Shown here: in pieces, positions 14,850 to 30,649 of the stretch | Layout of the letters: each line of letters begins with the position of its first letter | Numbering within the stretch: position 1 is the first letter of the stretch | Assembly (NCBI GenBank): GCA_040954595.2 | Contig: CM082590.2 | Span: 868,001-932,000 of the forward strand | Length of the DNA: 64,000 bases | Origin: Balanoglossus misakiensis | Lineage: Eukaryota; Animalia; Hemichordata | Reading direction: 5' to 3' | The notes under the pieces: generated by a model | Seen by the model: the letters and a program-made list of their open reading frames with translations, nothing else | Database searches by the model: none | Told to the model about the DNA's origin: nothing | Position numbers and translations under genes: made by a program

Positions 14850-17800
14850 GAATTTTGTAAAATACGAGGCTTTGTTTGGAAGCAACCATGGAAATTTTAG
14901 AACTATCCGTCGATCTACAGAGTCTAGTGGATAACTTTCTCATGCGCATAGGCTTATCATGTGTTATGCGCATCACAACAGAATTTTGTAAACAAATGAG
15001 GCTGTTTGGAAGCAACCATGGAAATTTTAGAACTATCCGTCGATCTACAGAGTCTAGTGGAAAACTTTCTGATGCGCATTGGCCTATCATGTGTTATGCG
15101 CATCACAACAGAATTTTGTATAATACGAGGCTTTGTTTGGAAGCAACCATGGAAATTTTAGAATTATCCGTCGATCTACAGGGTCTAGTGGGTAACTTTC
15201 TTATGCGCATAGGCCTATCATGTGTTCTGCGCCTCACAACAGAAATCGGTAAATAAACGAGGCTGTTTGGAAGCAACCATGGAAATTTTAGAACTATTCG
15301 TCGATCTACAGAGTCTAGTGGAAAACTTTCTTATGCGCATTAGCCTATCATGTGTTATGCGCATCACAACAGAATTTTGTAAACAAACGAGGCTTTGTTT
15401 GGAAGCAACCATGGAAATTTTAGAACTATCCGTCGATCTACAGAGTCTAGTGGAAAACTTTCTGAAGCGCATTGGCCTATCATGTGTTTCGCGCATCACA
15501 ACAGAATTTTGTAAAATACGAGGCTTTGTTTGGAAGCAACCATGGAAATTTTAGAACTATCCGTCGATCTACAGAGTCTAGTGGATAACTTTCTTATGCG
15601 CATAGGCTTATCATGTGTTATGCGCATCACAACAGAATTTTGTAAACAAATGAGGCTGTTTGGAAGCAACCATGAAAATTTTACAACCATCCGTCGATCT
15701 ACAGAGTCTAGTGGAAAACTTTCTTATGCGCATTGGCCCATCATGTGTTATGCGCATCACAACAGAATTTTGTAAACAAACGAGGCTTTGTTTGGAAGCA
15801 ACCATGGGAATTTTAGAACTATCCGTCGATCTACAGAGTCTAGTGGAAAATTTCTTATGCGCATTAGCCTATCATTTGTTATGCGCATCACAACAGAATT
15901 TTGTAAAATACGAGGCTTTGTTTGGAAGCAACCATGGAAATTTTAGAACTATCCGTCGATCTACAGAGTCTAGTGGATAACTTTCTCATGCGCATAGGCT
16001 TATCATGTGTTATGCGCATCACAACAGAATTTTGTAAACAAATGAGGCTGTTTGGAAGCAACCATGGAAATTTTAGAACTATCCATCAATCTACAGAGTC
16101 TAGTGGAAAACTTTCTGATGCGCATTGGCCTATCATGTGTTATGCGCATCACAACAGAATTTTGTATAATACGAGGCTTTGTTTGGAAGCAACCATGGAA
16201 ATTTTAGAATTATCCGTCGATCTACAGGGTCTAGTGGGTAACTTTCTTATGCGCATTAGCCTATCATGTGTTCTGCGCCTCACAACAGAAATCGGTAAAT
16301 AAACGAGGCTGTTTGGAAGCAACCATGGAAATTTTAGAACTATTCGTCGATCTACAGAGTCTAGTGGAAAACTTTCTTATGCGCATTAGCCTATCATGTG
16401 TTATGCTCATCACAACAGAATTTTGTAAACAAACGAGGCTTTGTTTGGAAGCAACCATGGAAATTTTAGAACTATCCGTCGATCTACAGAGTCTAGTGGA
16501 AAACTTTCTGAAGCGCATTGGCCTATCATGTGTTATGCGCATCACAACAGAATTTTGTAAAATACGAGGCTTTGTTTGGAAGCAACCATGGAAATTTTAG
16601 AACTATCCGTCGATCTACAGAGTCTAGTGGATAACTTTCTTATGCGCATAGGCTTATCATGTGTTATGCGCATCACAACAGAATTTTGTAAACAAATGAG
16701 GCTGTTTGGAAGCAACCATGTAAATTTTAGAACTATCCGTCGATCTACAGAGTCTAGTGGAAAACTTTCTGATGCGCATTGGCCTATCATGTGTTATGCG
16801 CATCACAACAGAATTTTGTATAATACGAGGCTTTGTTTGGAAGCAACCATGGACATTTTAGAACTATTCGTCGATCTACAGAGTCTAGTGGAAAACTTTC
16901 TTGTGCGCATTCGCCTATCATGTGTTATGCGCCTCACAACAGAAATCGGTAAATAAACGAGGCTGTTTGGAAGCAACCATGGAAATTTTAGAACTATTCG
17001 TCGATCTACAGAGTGTAGTGGAAAACTTTCTTGTGCGCATTCGCCTATCATGTGTTATGCGCCTCACAACAGAAATCGGTAAATAAACGAGGCTGTTTGG
17101 AAGCAACCCTGGAAATTTTAGAACTATCCGTCGATCTACAGAGTCTAGTGGATAACTTTCTAATGCGCATAGGCCTATCAGGTGTTATGCGCATCACAGC
17201 AGAATTTTGTAAACAAACGAGGCTGTTTTTAAGCAACCATGGAAATTTTAGAACTATCCGTCGATCCACAGAGTCTAGTGGAAAACTTTCTGATGCGCAT
17301 AGGCCTATCATGTGTTCTGCGTCTCACAACAGTATTCGGTAAACAAACGAGGCTGTTTGGAAGCAACCATGGAAATTTTAGAACTATCCGTCGATCTATA
17401 GAGTCTAGTGGATAACTTTCTTATGCGCATAGGCCTATCATGTGTTATGCGCATCACAACAGAATTTTGTAAACAAATGAGGCTGTTTGGAAGCAACCAT
17501 GGAAATTTTAGAACTATCCGTCGATCTACAGAGTCTAGTGGAAAACTTTCTCATGCGCATTTGCCTATCGTGTGTTATGCGCATCACAACAGAATTTTGT
17601 AAAAAAAACGACGCTGTTTGGAAGCAACCATGGAAATTTTAGAACTATCCGTCGATCTACAGAGTCTAGTGGAAAACTTTCTGATGCGCATAGGCCTATC
17701 ATGTGTTCTGCGTCTCACAACAGTATTCGGTAAACAAACGAGGCTGTTTGGAAGCAACCATGGAAATTTTAGAACTATCCGTCGATCTACAGGGTCTAGT

Positions 17801-20800
17801 GGAAAACTTTCTTATGCGCATAGGCCTATCATGTGTTCTGCGCCTCACAACAGAAATCGGTAAATAAACGAGGCTGTTTGGAGCAACCATGGAAATTTTA
17901 GAACTATCCGTCGATCTACAGAGTCTAGTGGAAAACTTTCTTATGCGCATTGGCCTATCATGTGTTATGCGCATCACAACAGAATTTTGTAAAATACGAG
18001 GCTTTGTTTGGAAGCAACCATGGAAATTTTAGAACTATCCGTCGATCTACAGAGTCTAGTGGATAACTTTCTCATGCGCATAGGCTTATCATGTGTTATG
18101 CGCATCACAACAGAATTTTGTAAACAAATGAGGCTGTTTGGAAGCAACCATGGAAATTTTAGAACTATCCGTCGATCTACAGAGTCTAGTGGAAAACTTT
18201 CTGATGCGCATTGGCCTATCATGTGTTATGCGCATCACAACAGAATTTTGTATAATACGAGGCTTTGTTTGGAAGCAACCATGGAAATTTTAGAATTATC
18301 CGTCGATCTACAGGGTCTAGTGGGTAACTTTCTTATGCGCATAGGCCTATCATGTGTTCTGCGCCTCACAACAGAAATCGGTAAATAAACGAGGCTGTTT
18401 GGAAGCAACCATGGAAATTTTAGAACTATTCGTCGATCTACAGAGTCTAGTGGAAAACTTTCTTATGCGCATTAGCCTATCATGTGTTATGCGCATCACA
18501 ACAGAATTTTGTAAACAAACGAGGCTTTGTTTGGAAGCAACCATGGAAATTTTAGAACTATCCGTCGATCTACAGAGTCTAGTGGAAAACTTTCTGAAGC
18601 GCATTGGCCTATCATGTGTTTCGCGCATCACAACAGAATTTTGTAAAATACGAGGCTTTGTTTGGAAGCAACCATGGAAATTTTAGAACTATCCGTCGAT
18701 CTACAGAGTCTAGTGGATAACTTTCTTATGCGCATAGGCTTATCATGTGTTATGCGCATCACAACAGAATTTTGTAAACAAATGAGGCTGTTTGGAAGCA
18801 ACCATGAAAATTTTACAACCATCCGTCGATCTACAGAGTCTAGTGGAAAACTTTCTTATGCGCATTGGCCCATCATGTGTTATGCGCATCACAACAGAAT
18901 TTTGTAAACAAACGAGGCTTTGTTTGGAAGCAACCATGGGAATTTTAGAACTATCCGTCGATCTACAGAGTCTAGTGGAAAATTTCTTATGCGCATTAGC
19001 CTATCATTTGTTATGCGCATCACAACAGAATTTTGTAAAATACGAGGCTTTGTTTGGAAGCAACCATGGAAATTTTAGAACTATCCGTCGATCTACAGAG
19101 TCTAGTGGATAACTTTCTCATGCGCATAGGCTTATCATGTGTTATGCGCATCACAACAGAATTTTGTAAACAAATGAGGCTGTTTGGAAGCAACCATGGA
19201 AATTTTAGAACTATCCGTCGATCTACAGAGTCTAGTGGAAAACTTTCTGATGCGCATTGGCCTATCATGTGTTATGCGCATCACAACAGAATTTTGTATA
19301 ATACGAGGCTTTGTTTGGAAGCAACCATGGAAATTTTAGAATTATCCGTCGATCTACAGGGTCTAGTGGGTAACTTTCTTATGCGCATTAGCCTATCATG
19401 TGTTCTGCGCCTCACAACAGAAATCGGTAAATAAACGAGGCTGTTTGGAAGCAACCATGGAAATTTTAGAACTATTCGTCGATCTACAGAGTCTAGTGGA
19501 AAACTTTCTTATGCGCATTAGCCTATCATGTGTTATGCTCATCACAACAGAATTTTGTAAACAAACGAGGCTTTGTTTGGAAGCAACCATGGAAATTTTA
19601 GAACTATCCGTCGATCTACAGAGTCTAGTGGAAAACTTTCTGAAGCGCATTGGCCTATCATGTGTTATGCGCATCACAACAGAATTTTGTAAAATACGAG
19701 GCTTTGTTTGGAAGCAACCATGGAAATTTTAGAACTATCCGTCGATCTACAGAGTCTAGTGGATAACTTTCTTATGCGCATAGGCTTATCATGTGTTATG
19801 CGCATCACAACAGAATTTTGTAAACAAATGAGGCTGTTTGGAAGCAACCATGTAAATTTTAGAACTATCCGTCGATCTACAGAGTCTAGTGGAAAACTTT
19901 CTGATGCGCATTGGCCTATCATGTGTTATGCGCATCACAACAGAATTTTGTATAATACGAGGCTTTGTTTGGAAGCAACCATGGACATTTTAGAACTATT
20001 CGTCGATCTACAGAGTCTAGTGGAAAACTTTCTTGTGCGCATTCGCCTATCATGTGTTATGCGCCTCACAACAGAAATCGGTAAATAAACGAGGCTGTTT
20101 GGAAGCAACCATGGAAATTTTAGAACTATTCGTCGATCTACAGAGTCTAGTGGAAAACTTTCTTGTGCGCATTCGCCTATCATGTGTTATGCGCCTCACA
20201 ACAGAAATCGGTAAATAAACGAGGCTGTTTGGAAGCAACCCTGGAAATTTTAGAACTATCCGTCGATCTACAGAGTCTAGTGGATAACTTTCTAATGCGC
20301 ATAGGCCTATCAGGTGTTATGCGCATCACAGCAGAATTTTGTAAACAAACGAGGCTGTTTTTAAGCAACCATGGAAATTTTAGAACTATCCGTCGATCCA
20401 CAGAGTCTAGTGGAAAACTTTCTGATGCGCATAGGCCTATCATGTGTTCTGCGTCTCACAACAGTATTCGGTAAACAAACGAGGCTGTTTGGAAGCAACC
20501 ATGGAAATTTTAGAACTATCCGTCGATCTATAGAGTCTAGTGGATAACTTTCTTATGCGCATAGGCCTATCATGTGTTATGCGCATCACAACAGAATTTT
20601 GTAAACAAATGAGGCTGTTTGGAAGCAACCATGGAAATTTTAGAACTATCCGTCGATCTACAGAGTCTAGTGGAAAACTTTCTCATGCGCATTTGCCTAT
20701 CGTGTGTTATGCGCATCACAACAGAATTTTGTAAAAAAAACGACGCTGTTTGGAAGCAACCATGGAAATTTTAGAACTATCCGTCGATCTACAGAGTCTA

Positions 20801-21120
20801 GTGGAAAACTTTCTGATGCGCATAGGCCTATCATGTGTTCTGCGTCTCACAACAGTATTCGGTAAACAAACGAGGCTGTTTGGAAGCAACCATGGAAATT
20901 TTAGAACTATCCGTCGATCTACAGGGTCTAGTGGAAAACTTTCTTATGCGCATAGGCCTATCATGTGTTCTGCGCCTCACAACAGAAATCGGTAAATAAA
21001 CGAGGCTGTTTGGAGCAACCATGGAAATTTTAGAACTATCCGTCGATCTACAGAGTCTAGTGGAAAACTTTCTTATGCGCATTGGCCTATCATGTGTTAT
21101 GCGCATCACAACAGAATTTT
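14850..21120. repeat. Higher-order tandem duplication, period 3132 bp (24 monomers), 2 copies
   Basis: Constant 3132 offset of variant monomers (14876/18008, 15222/18354, 16268/19400, 17618/20750). The rare GGAGCAACC deletion variant occurs at about 17881 and 21013. Confidence 0.9.
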
Positions 21121-22449
21121 GTAAACAAACGAGGCTGTTTTTAAGCAACCATGGACATTTTAGAACTATCCGTCGATCTACAGAGTCTAGTGGAAAACTT
21201 TCTTATGCGCATAGGCCTATCTATGTGTTCTGCCCCTCACAACAGAATTCGGTAAACAAACAAGGCTGTTTGGAAGCAACCATGGAAATTTTAGAACTAT
21301 CCGTCGATCTGCAGAGTCTAGTGGAAAACTTTCTTATGCGCATTGGCCTATCATGTGTTATGCGCATCACAACAGAATTTTGTAAACAAACGAGGCTTTG
21401 TTTGGAAGCAACCATAGAAGTTTTAGAACTATCCGTCGATCTGCAGAGTCTAGTGGAAAACTTTCTTATGCGCATAGGCCTATCATGTGTTATGCGCATC
21501 ACAACAGAATTTTGTAAAAAAACGAGGCTTTGTTTGGAAGCAACCATGGACATTTTAGAACTATCCGTCGATCTACAGAGTCTAGTGGATAACGTTCTTA
21601 TGCGCATTGGCCTATCATGTGTTATGCGCATCACAACAGAATTTTGTAAACAAACGAAGCTGTTTGGAAGCAACCATGGAATTTTTAGAACTATCCGTCG
21701 ATCTACAGAGTCTAGTGGAAAACTTTCTTATGCGCATTGGCCTATCATGTGTTACGCGCAATACAACAGAATTTTGTAAAAAACGAGGCTTTGTTTGGAA
21801 GCAACCATGGACATTTTAGAACTATCCGTCGATCTACAGAGTCTAGTGGATAACGTTCTTATGCGCATAGGCCTATCATGTGTTCTTCGCATCACAACAT
21901 AATTTTGTAAACAAACGAGGCTGTTGGGAAGCAACCATGGAAATTTTAGAACTATCCCTCGATCTACAGAGTCTAGTGGAAAAATTTCTTATGCGCATAG
22001 GCCTATCTATGTGTTCTGCGCCTCACAACAGAATTCGGTAAACAAACGAGGCTGTTTGGAAGCAACCATGGAAATTTTAAAACTATCCGTCGATCTACAG
22101 AGTCTAGTGGAAAACTTTCTTATGCGCATAGGCCTATCTATGTGTTCTGCGCCTCACAACAGAAATCTGTAAATAAACGAGGCTGTTTGGAAGCAACCAT
22201 GGAAATTTTAGAACTATCCGTCGATCTACAGAGTCTAGTGGAAAACTTTCTTATGCGCATAGGCCTATCTATGTGTTCTGCGCCTCACAACAGAATTCGG
22301 TAAACAAACGAGGCTTTGTTTGGAAGCAACCATGGACATTTTAGAACTATCCGTCGATCTACAGAGTCTAGTGGATAACGTTCTTATGCGCATAGGCCTA
22401 TCATGTGTTCTTCGCATCACAATATAATTTTGTAAACAAACGAGGCTGT

Positions 22450-25400
22450 TGGGAAGCAACCATGGAAATTTTAGAACTATCCCTCGATCTACAGAGTCTA
22501 GTGGAAAAATTTCTTATGCGCATAGGCCTATCAATGTGTTCTGCGCCTCACAACAGAATTCGGTAAACAAACGAGGCTGTTTGGAAGCAACCATGGAAAT
22601 TTTAAAAGTATCCGTCGATCTACAGAGTCTAGTGGAAAACTTTCTTATGCGCATAGGCCTATCTATGTGTTCTGCGCCTCACAACAGAATTCGGTAAACA
22701 AACGAGGCTGTTTGGAAGCAACCATGGAAATTTTAAAACTATCCGTCGATCTACAGAGTCTAGTGGAAAACTTTCTTATGCGCATAGGCCTATCTATGTG
22801 TTCTGCGCCTCACAACAGAAATCGGTAAATAAACGACGCTGTTTGGAAGCAACCATGGAAATTTTAGAACTATCCGTCGATCTACAGAGTCTAGTGGAAA
22901 ACTTTCTTATGCGCATTGGCCTATCTATGTGTTCTGCGCCTCACAACAGAATTCGGTAAACAAACGAGGCTGTTTGGAAGCAACCATGGAAATTTTAAAA
23001 CTATCCGTCGATCTACAGGGTCTAGTGGAAACTTTCTTATGCGCATAGGGCTATCATGTGTTATGCGCATCACAACAGAATTTTGTAAACAAACGAAGCT
23101 GTTTGGAAGCAACCATGGAATTTTTAGAACTATCCGTCGATCTACAGAGTCTAGTGGAAAACTTTCTTATGCGCATTGGCCTATCATGTGTTACGCGCAA
23201 TACAACAGAATTTTGTAAAAAACGAGGCTTTGTTTGGAAGCAACCATGGACATTTTAGAACTATCCGTCGATCTACAGAGTCTAGTGGATAACGTTCTTA
23301 TGCGCATAGGCCTATCATGTGTTCTTCGCATCACAACATAATTTTGTAAACAAACGAGGCTGTTGGGAAGCATCCATGGAAATTTTAGAACTATCCCTCG
23401 ATCTACAGAGTCTAGTGGAAAAATTTCTTATGCGCATAGGCCTATCTATGTGTTCTGCGCCTCACAACAGAATTCGGTAAACAAACGAGGCTGTTTGGAA
23501 GCAACCATGGAAATTTTAAAACTATCCGTCGATCTACAGAGTCTAGTGGAAAACTTTCTTATGCGCATAGGCCTATCTATGTGTTCTGCGCCTCACAACA
23601 GAAATCGGTAAATAAACGAGGCTGTTTGGAAGCAACCATGGAAATTTTAGAACTATCCGTCGATCTACAGAGTCTAGTGGAAAACTTTCTGATGCGCATA
23701 GGCCTATCTATGTGTTCTGCGTCTCACACCAGAATTCGGTAAACAAACGAGGCTGTTTGGAAGCAACCATGGAAATTTTAGAACTATCCGTCGATCTACA
23801 GAGTCTAGTGGAAAACTTTCTTATGTGCATAGGCCTATCTATGTGTTCTGCGCCTCACAACAGAATTCGGTAAACAAACGAGGCTGTTTGGAAGCAACCA
23901 TGGAAATTTTAAAACTATCCGTCGATCTACAGAGTCTAGTGGAAAACTTTCTTATGCGCATTGGCCTATCATGTGTTATGCGCATCACAACAGAATTTTG
24001 TAAACAAACGAGGCTGTTTTTAAGCAACCATGGACATTTTAGAACTATCCGTCGATCTACAGAGTCTAGTGGAAAACTTTCTTGTGCGCATAGGCCTATC
24101 TATGTGTTCTGCCCCTCACAACAGAATTCGGTAAACAAACAAGGCTGTTTGGAAGCAACCATGGAAATTTTAGAACTATCCGTCGATCTGCAGAGTCTAG
24201 TGGAAAACTTTCTTATGCGCATTGGCCTATCATGTGTTATGCGCATCACAACAGAATTTTGTAAACAAACGAGGCTTTGTTTGGAAGCAACCATAGAAGT
24301 TTTAGAACTATCCGTCGATCTGCAGAGTCTAGTGGAAAACTTTCTTATGCGCATAGGCCTATCATGTGTTATGCGCATCACAACAGAATTTTGTAAAAAA
24401 ACGAGGCTTTGTTTGGAAGCAACCATGGACATTTTAGAACTATCCGTCGATCTACAGAGTCTAGTGGATAACGTTCTTATGCGCATTGGCCTATCATGTG
24501 TTATGCGCATCACAACAGAATTTTGTAAACAAACGAAGCTGTTTGGAAGCAAGCATGGAATTTTTAGAACTATCCGTCGATCTACAGAGTCTAGTGGAAA
24601 ACTTTCTTATGCGCATTGGCCTATCATGTGTTACGCGCAATACAACAGAATTTTGTAAAAAACGAGGCTTTGTTTGGAAGCAACCATGGACATTTTAGAA
24701 CTATCCGTCGATCTACAGAGTCTAGTGGATAACGTTCTTATGCGCATAGGCCCTTCATGTGTTCTTCGCATCACAACATAATTTTGTAAACAAACGAGGC
24801 TGTTGGGAAGCAACCATGGAAATTTTAGAACTATCCCTCGATCTACAGAGTCTAGTGGAAAAATTTCTTATGCGCATAGGCCTATCTATGTGTTCTGCGC
24901 CTCACAACAGAATTCGGTAAACAAACGAGGCTGTTTGGAAGTAACCATGGAAATTTTAAAAGTATCCGTCGATCTACAGAGTCTAGTGGAAAACTTTCTT
25001 ATGCGCATAGGCCTATCTATGTGTTCTGCGCCTCACAACAGAATTCGGTAAACAAACGAGGCTGTTTGGAAGCAACCATGGAAATTTTAAAACTATCCGT
25101 CGATCTACAGAGTCTAGTGGAAAACTTTCTTATGCGCATAGGCCTATCTATGTGTTCTGCGCCTCACAACAGAAATCGGTAAATAAACGAGGCTGTTTGG
25201 AAGCAACCATGGAAATTTTAGAACTATCCGTCGATCTACAGAGTCTAGTGGAAAACTTTCTTATGCGCATTGGCCTATCTATGTGTTCTGCGCCTCACAA
25301 CAGAATTCGGTAAACAAACGAGGCTGTTTGGAAGCAACCATGGAAATTTTAAAACTATCCGTCGATCTACAGGGTCTAGTGGAAACTTTCTTATGCGCAT

Positions 25401-28400
25401 AGGGCTATCATGTGTTATGCGCATCACAACAGAATTTTGTAAACAAACGAAGCTGTTTGGAAGCAACCATGGAATTTTTAGAACTATCCGTCGATCTACA
25501 GAGTCTAGTGGAAAACTTTCTTATTCGCATTGGCCTATCATGTGTTACGCGCAATACAACAGAATTTTGTAAAAAACGAGGCTTTGTTTGGAAGCAACCA
25601 TGGACATTTTAGAACTATCCGTCGATCTACAGAGTCTAGTGGATAACGTTCTTATGCGCATAGGCCTATCATGTGTTCTTCGCATCACAACATAATTTTG
25701 TAAACAAACGAGGCTGTTGGGAAGCAACCATGGAAATTTTAGAACTATCCCTCGATCTACAGAGTCTAGTGGAAAAATTTCTTATGCGCATAGGCCTATC
25801 TATGTGTTCTGCGCCTCACAACAGAATTCGGTAAACAAACGAGGCTGTTTGGAAGCAACCATGGAAATTTTAAAACTATCCGTCGATCTACAGAGTCTAG
25901 TGGAAAACTTTCTTATGCGCATAGGCCTATCTATGTGTTCTGCGCCTCACAACAGAAATCGGTAAATAAACGAGGCTGTTTGGAAGCAACCATGGAAATT
26001 TTAGAACTATCCGTCGATCTACAGAGTCTAGTGGAAAACTTTCTGATGCGCATAGGCCTATCTATGTGTTCTGCGTCTCACACCAGAATTCGGTAAACAA
26101 ACGAGGCTGTTTGGAAGCAACCATGGAAATTTTAGAACTATCCGTCGATCTACAGAGTCTAGTGGAAAACTTTCTTATGCGCATAGGCCTATCTATGTGT
26201 TCTGCGCCTCACAACAGAATTCGGTAAACAAACGAGGCTGTTTGGAAGCAACCATGGAAATTTTAAAACTATCCGTCGATCTACAGAGTCTAGTGGAAAA
26301 CTTTCTTATGCGCATAGGCCTATCTATGTGTTCTGCGCCTCACAACAGAAATCGGTAAATAAACGAGGCTGTTTGGAAGCAACCATGGAAATTTTAGAAC
26401 TATCCGTCGATCTACATAGTCTAGTGGAAAACTTTCTTATGCGCATAGGCCTATCTATGTGTTCTGCGCCTCACAACAGAATTCGGTAAACAAACGAGGC
26501 TGTTTGGAAGCAACCATGGAAATTTTAGAACTATCCGTCGATCTACAGAGTCTAGTGGAAAACTTTCTTATGCGCATAGGCCTATCTATGTGTTCTGCGC
26601 CTCACAACAGAAATCGGTAAATAAACGAGGCTGTTTGGAAGCAACCATGGAAATTTTAGAACTATCCGTCGATCTACAGAGTCTAGTGGAAAACTTTCTT
26701 ATGCGCATAGGCCTATCTATGTGTTCTGCGCCTCACAACAGAATTCGGTAAACAAACGAGGCTGTTTGGAAGCAACCATGGAAATTTTAGAACTATCCGT
26801 CGATCTACAGAGTCTAGTGGATAACGTTCTAATGCGCATAGGCCTATCATGTGTTCTTCGCATCACAACAGAATTTTGTAAACAAACGAGGCTGTTGGGA
26901 AGCAACCATGGAAATTTTAGAACTATCCCTCGATCTACAGAGTCTAGTGGAAAAATTTCTTATGCGCATAGGCCTATCTATGTGTTCTGCGCCTCACAAA
27001 AGAATTCGGTAAACAAACGAGGCTGTTTGGAAGCAACCATGGAAATTTTAGAACTATCCGTCGATCTACAGAGTCTAGTGGAAAACTTTCTTATGCGCAT
27101 AGGCCTATCTATGTGTTCTGCGCCTCACAACAGAATTCGGTAAACAAACGAGGCTGTTTGGAAGCAACCATGGAAATTTTAGAACTATCCGTCGATCTAC
27201 AGAGTCTAGTGGATAACGTTCTAATGCGCATAGGCCTATCATGTGTTCTTCGCATCACAACAGAATTTTGTAAACAAACGAGGCTGTTGGGAAGCAACCA
27301 TGGAAATTTTAGAACTATCCCTCGATCTACAGAGTCTAGTGGAAAAATTTCTTATGCGCATAGGCCTATCTATGTGTTCTGCGCCTCACAAAAGAATTCG
27401 GTAAACAAACGAGGCTGTTTGGAAGCAACCATGGAAATTTTAAAACTATCCGTCGATCTACAGAGTCTAGTGGAAAACTTTCTTATGCGCATAGGCCTAT
27501 CTATGTGTTCTGCGCCTCACAACAGAAATCGGTAAATAAACGAGGCTGTTTGGAAGCAACCATGGAAATTTTAGAACTATCCGTCGATCTACAGAGTCTA
27601 GTGGAAAACTTTCTTATGCGCATTGGCCTATCTATGTGTTCTGCGCCTCACAACAGAATTCGGTAAACAAACGAGGCTGTTTGGAAGCAACCATGGAAAT
27701 TTTAAAACTATCCGTCGATCTACAGGGTCTAGTGGAAACTTTCTTATGCGCATAGGGCTATCATGTGTTATGCGCATCACAACAGAATTTTGTAAACAAA
27801 CGAAGCTGTTTGGAAGCAACCATGGAATTTTTAGAACTATCCGTCGATCTACAGAGTCTAGTGGAAAACTTTCTTATGCGCATTGGCCTATCATGTGTTA
27901 CGCGCAATACAACAGAATTTTGTAAAAAACGAGGCTTTGTTTGGAAGCAACCATGGACATTTTAGAACTATCCGTCGATCTACAGAGTCTAGTGGATAAC
28001 GTTCTTATGCGCATAGGCCTATCATGTGTTCTTCGCATCACAACATAATTTTGTAAACAAACGAGGCTGTTGGGAAGCAACCATGGAAATTTTAGAACTA
28101 TCCCTCGATCTACAGAGTCTAGTGGAAAAATTTCTTATGCGCATAGGCCTATCTATGTGTTCTGCGCCTCACAACAGAATTCGGTAAACAAACGAGGCTG
28201 TTTGGAAGCAACCATGGAAATTTTAAAACTATCCGTCGATCTACAGAGTGTAGTGGAAAACTTTCTTATGCGCATAGGCCTATCTATGTGTTCTGCGCCT
28301 CACAACAGAAATCGGTAAATAAACGAGGCTGTTTGGAAGCAACCATGGAAATTTTAGAACTATCCGTCGATCTACAGAGTCTAGTGGAAAACTTTCTGAT

Positions 28401-29500
28401 GCGCATAGGCCTATCTATGTGTTCTGCGTCTCACACCAGAATTCGGTAAACAAACGAGGCTGTTTGGAAGCAACCATGGAAATTTTAGAACTATCCGTCG
28501 ATCTACAGAGTCTAGTGGAAAACTTTTTAATGCGCATAGGCCTATCTATGTGTTCTGCGCCTCACAACAGAATTCGGTAAACAAACGAGGCTGTTTGGAA
28601 GCAACCATGGAAATTTTAAAACTATCCGTCGATCTACAGAGTCTAGTGGAAAACTTTCTTATGCGCATAGGCCTATCTATGTGTTCTGCGCCTCACAACA
28701 GAAATCGGTAAATAAACGAGGCTGTTTGGAAGCAACCATGGAAATTTTAGAACTATCCGTCGATCTACATAGTCTAGTGGAAAACTTTCTTATGCGCATA
28801 GGCCTATCTATGTGTTCTGCGCCTCACAACAGAATTCGGTAAACAAACGAGGCTGTTTGGAAGCAACCATGGAAATTTTAGAACTATCCGTCGATCTACA
28901 GAGTCTAGTGGAAAACTTTCTTATGCGCATAGGCCTATCTATGTGTTCTGCGCCTCACAACAGAAATCGGTAAATAAACGAGGCTGTTTGGAAGCAACCA
29001 TGGAAATTTTAGAACTATCCGTCGATCTACAGAGTCTAGTGGAAAACTTTCTTATGCGCATAGGCCTATCTATGTGTTCTGCGCCTCACAACAGAATTCG
29101 GTAAACAAACGAGGCTGTTTGGAAGCAACCATGGAAATTTTAGAACTATCCGTCGATCTACAGAGTCTAGTGGATAACGTTCTAATGCGCATAGGCCTAT
29201 CATGTGTTCTTCGCATCACAACAGAATTTTGTAAACAAACGAGGCTGTTGGGAAGCAACCATGGAAATTTTAGAACTATCCCTCGATCTACAGAGTCTAG
29301 TGGAAAAATTTCTTATGCGCATAGGCCTATCTATGTGTTCTGCGCCTCACAACAGAATTCGGTAAACAAACGAGGCTGTTTGGAAGCAACCATGGAAATT
29401 TTAAAACTATCCGTCGATCTACAGAGTCTAGTGGAAAACTTTCTTATGCGCATAGGCCTATCTATGTGTTCTGCGCCTCACAACAGAATTCGGTAAACAA
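22450..29500. repeat. Higher-order duplications, period 2353-2354 bp (18 monomers)
   Basis: Offsets 22916/25270/27623, 23363/25717/28070 and 26721/29074. The first copy matches only partly; boundaries approximate. Confidence 0.8.
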
Positions 29501-30649
29501 ACGAGGCTGTTTGGAAGCAACCATGGACATTTTAGAACTATCCCTCGATCTACAGAGTCTAGTGGAAAACGTTCTTATGCGCATAGGCCTATCTATGTGT
29601 TCTGCGTCTCACAACAGAATTTTGTAAACAAACGAGACTGTTTGGAAGCAACCATGGAAATATTAGAACTATCCGTCGATCTACAGAGTCTAGTGGAAAA
29701 CTTTCTTATGCGCATAGGCCTATCATGTGTTATGCGCATCACAACAGAATTTTGTAAACAAACGAGGCTGTTTGGAAGCAACCATGGAAATTTTAGAACT
29801 ATCCGTCGATCTACAGAGTCTAGTGGAAAACTTTCTTATGCGCATTGGCCTATCATGTGTTATGCGCATCACAACAGAATTTTGTAAACAAACGAGGCTT
29901 TGTTTGGAAGCAACCATGGAAATTTTAGAACTATCCGTCGATCTACAGAGTCTAGTGGAAAACTTTCTGATGCGCATAGGCCTATCATGTGTTCTGCGTC
30001 TCACAACAGAATTCGGTAAACAAACGAGACTGTTTGGAAGCAACCATGGACATTTTAGAACTATCCGTCGATCTACAGAGTCTAGTGGATAACGTTCTTA
30101 TGCGCATAGGCCTATCATGTGTTATGCGCATCACAACAGAATTTTGTAAACAAACGAGGCTGTTTGAAGGCAACCATGGAAATTTTAGAACTATCCGTCA
30201 ATCTACAGAGTCTAGTGGAAAACTTTCTTATGCGCATTGGCATATCATGTGTTATGCGCATCACAACAGAATTTTGTAAACAAACGAGGCTTTGTTTGGA
30301 AGCAACCATGGAAATTTTAGAACTATCCGTCGATCTACAGGGTCTAGTGGAAAACTTTCTTATGCGCATAGGCCTATCATGTGTTATGCGCATCACAACC
30401 GAATTCGTTAAATAAACGAGGCTGTTTGGAAGCAACCATGGAAAATTTAGAACTATCCGTCGATCTACAGAGTCTAGTGGAAAACTGTCTTATGCGCATT
30501 GGCCTATCGTGTGTTATGCGCATCACAACAGAATTTTGTAAAAAAAACGAGGCTGTTTGGAAGCAACCATGGAAATTTTAGAACTATCCGTCGATCTACA
30601 GAGTCTAGTGGATAACTTTCTTATGCGCATAGGCCTATAATGAGTTATG

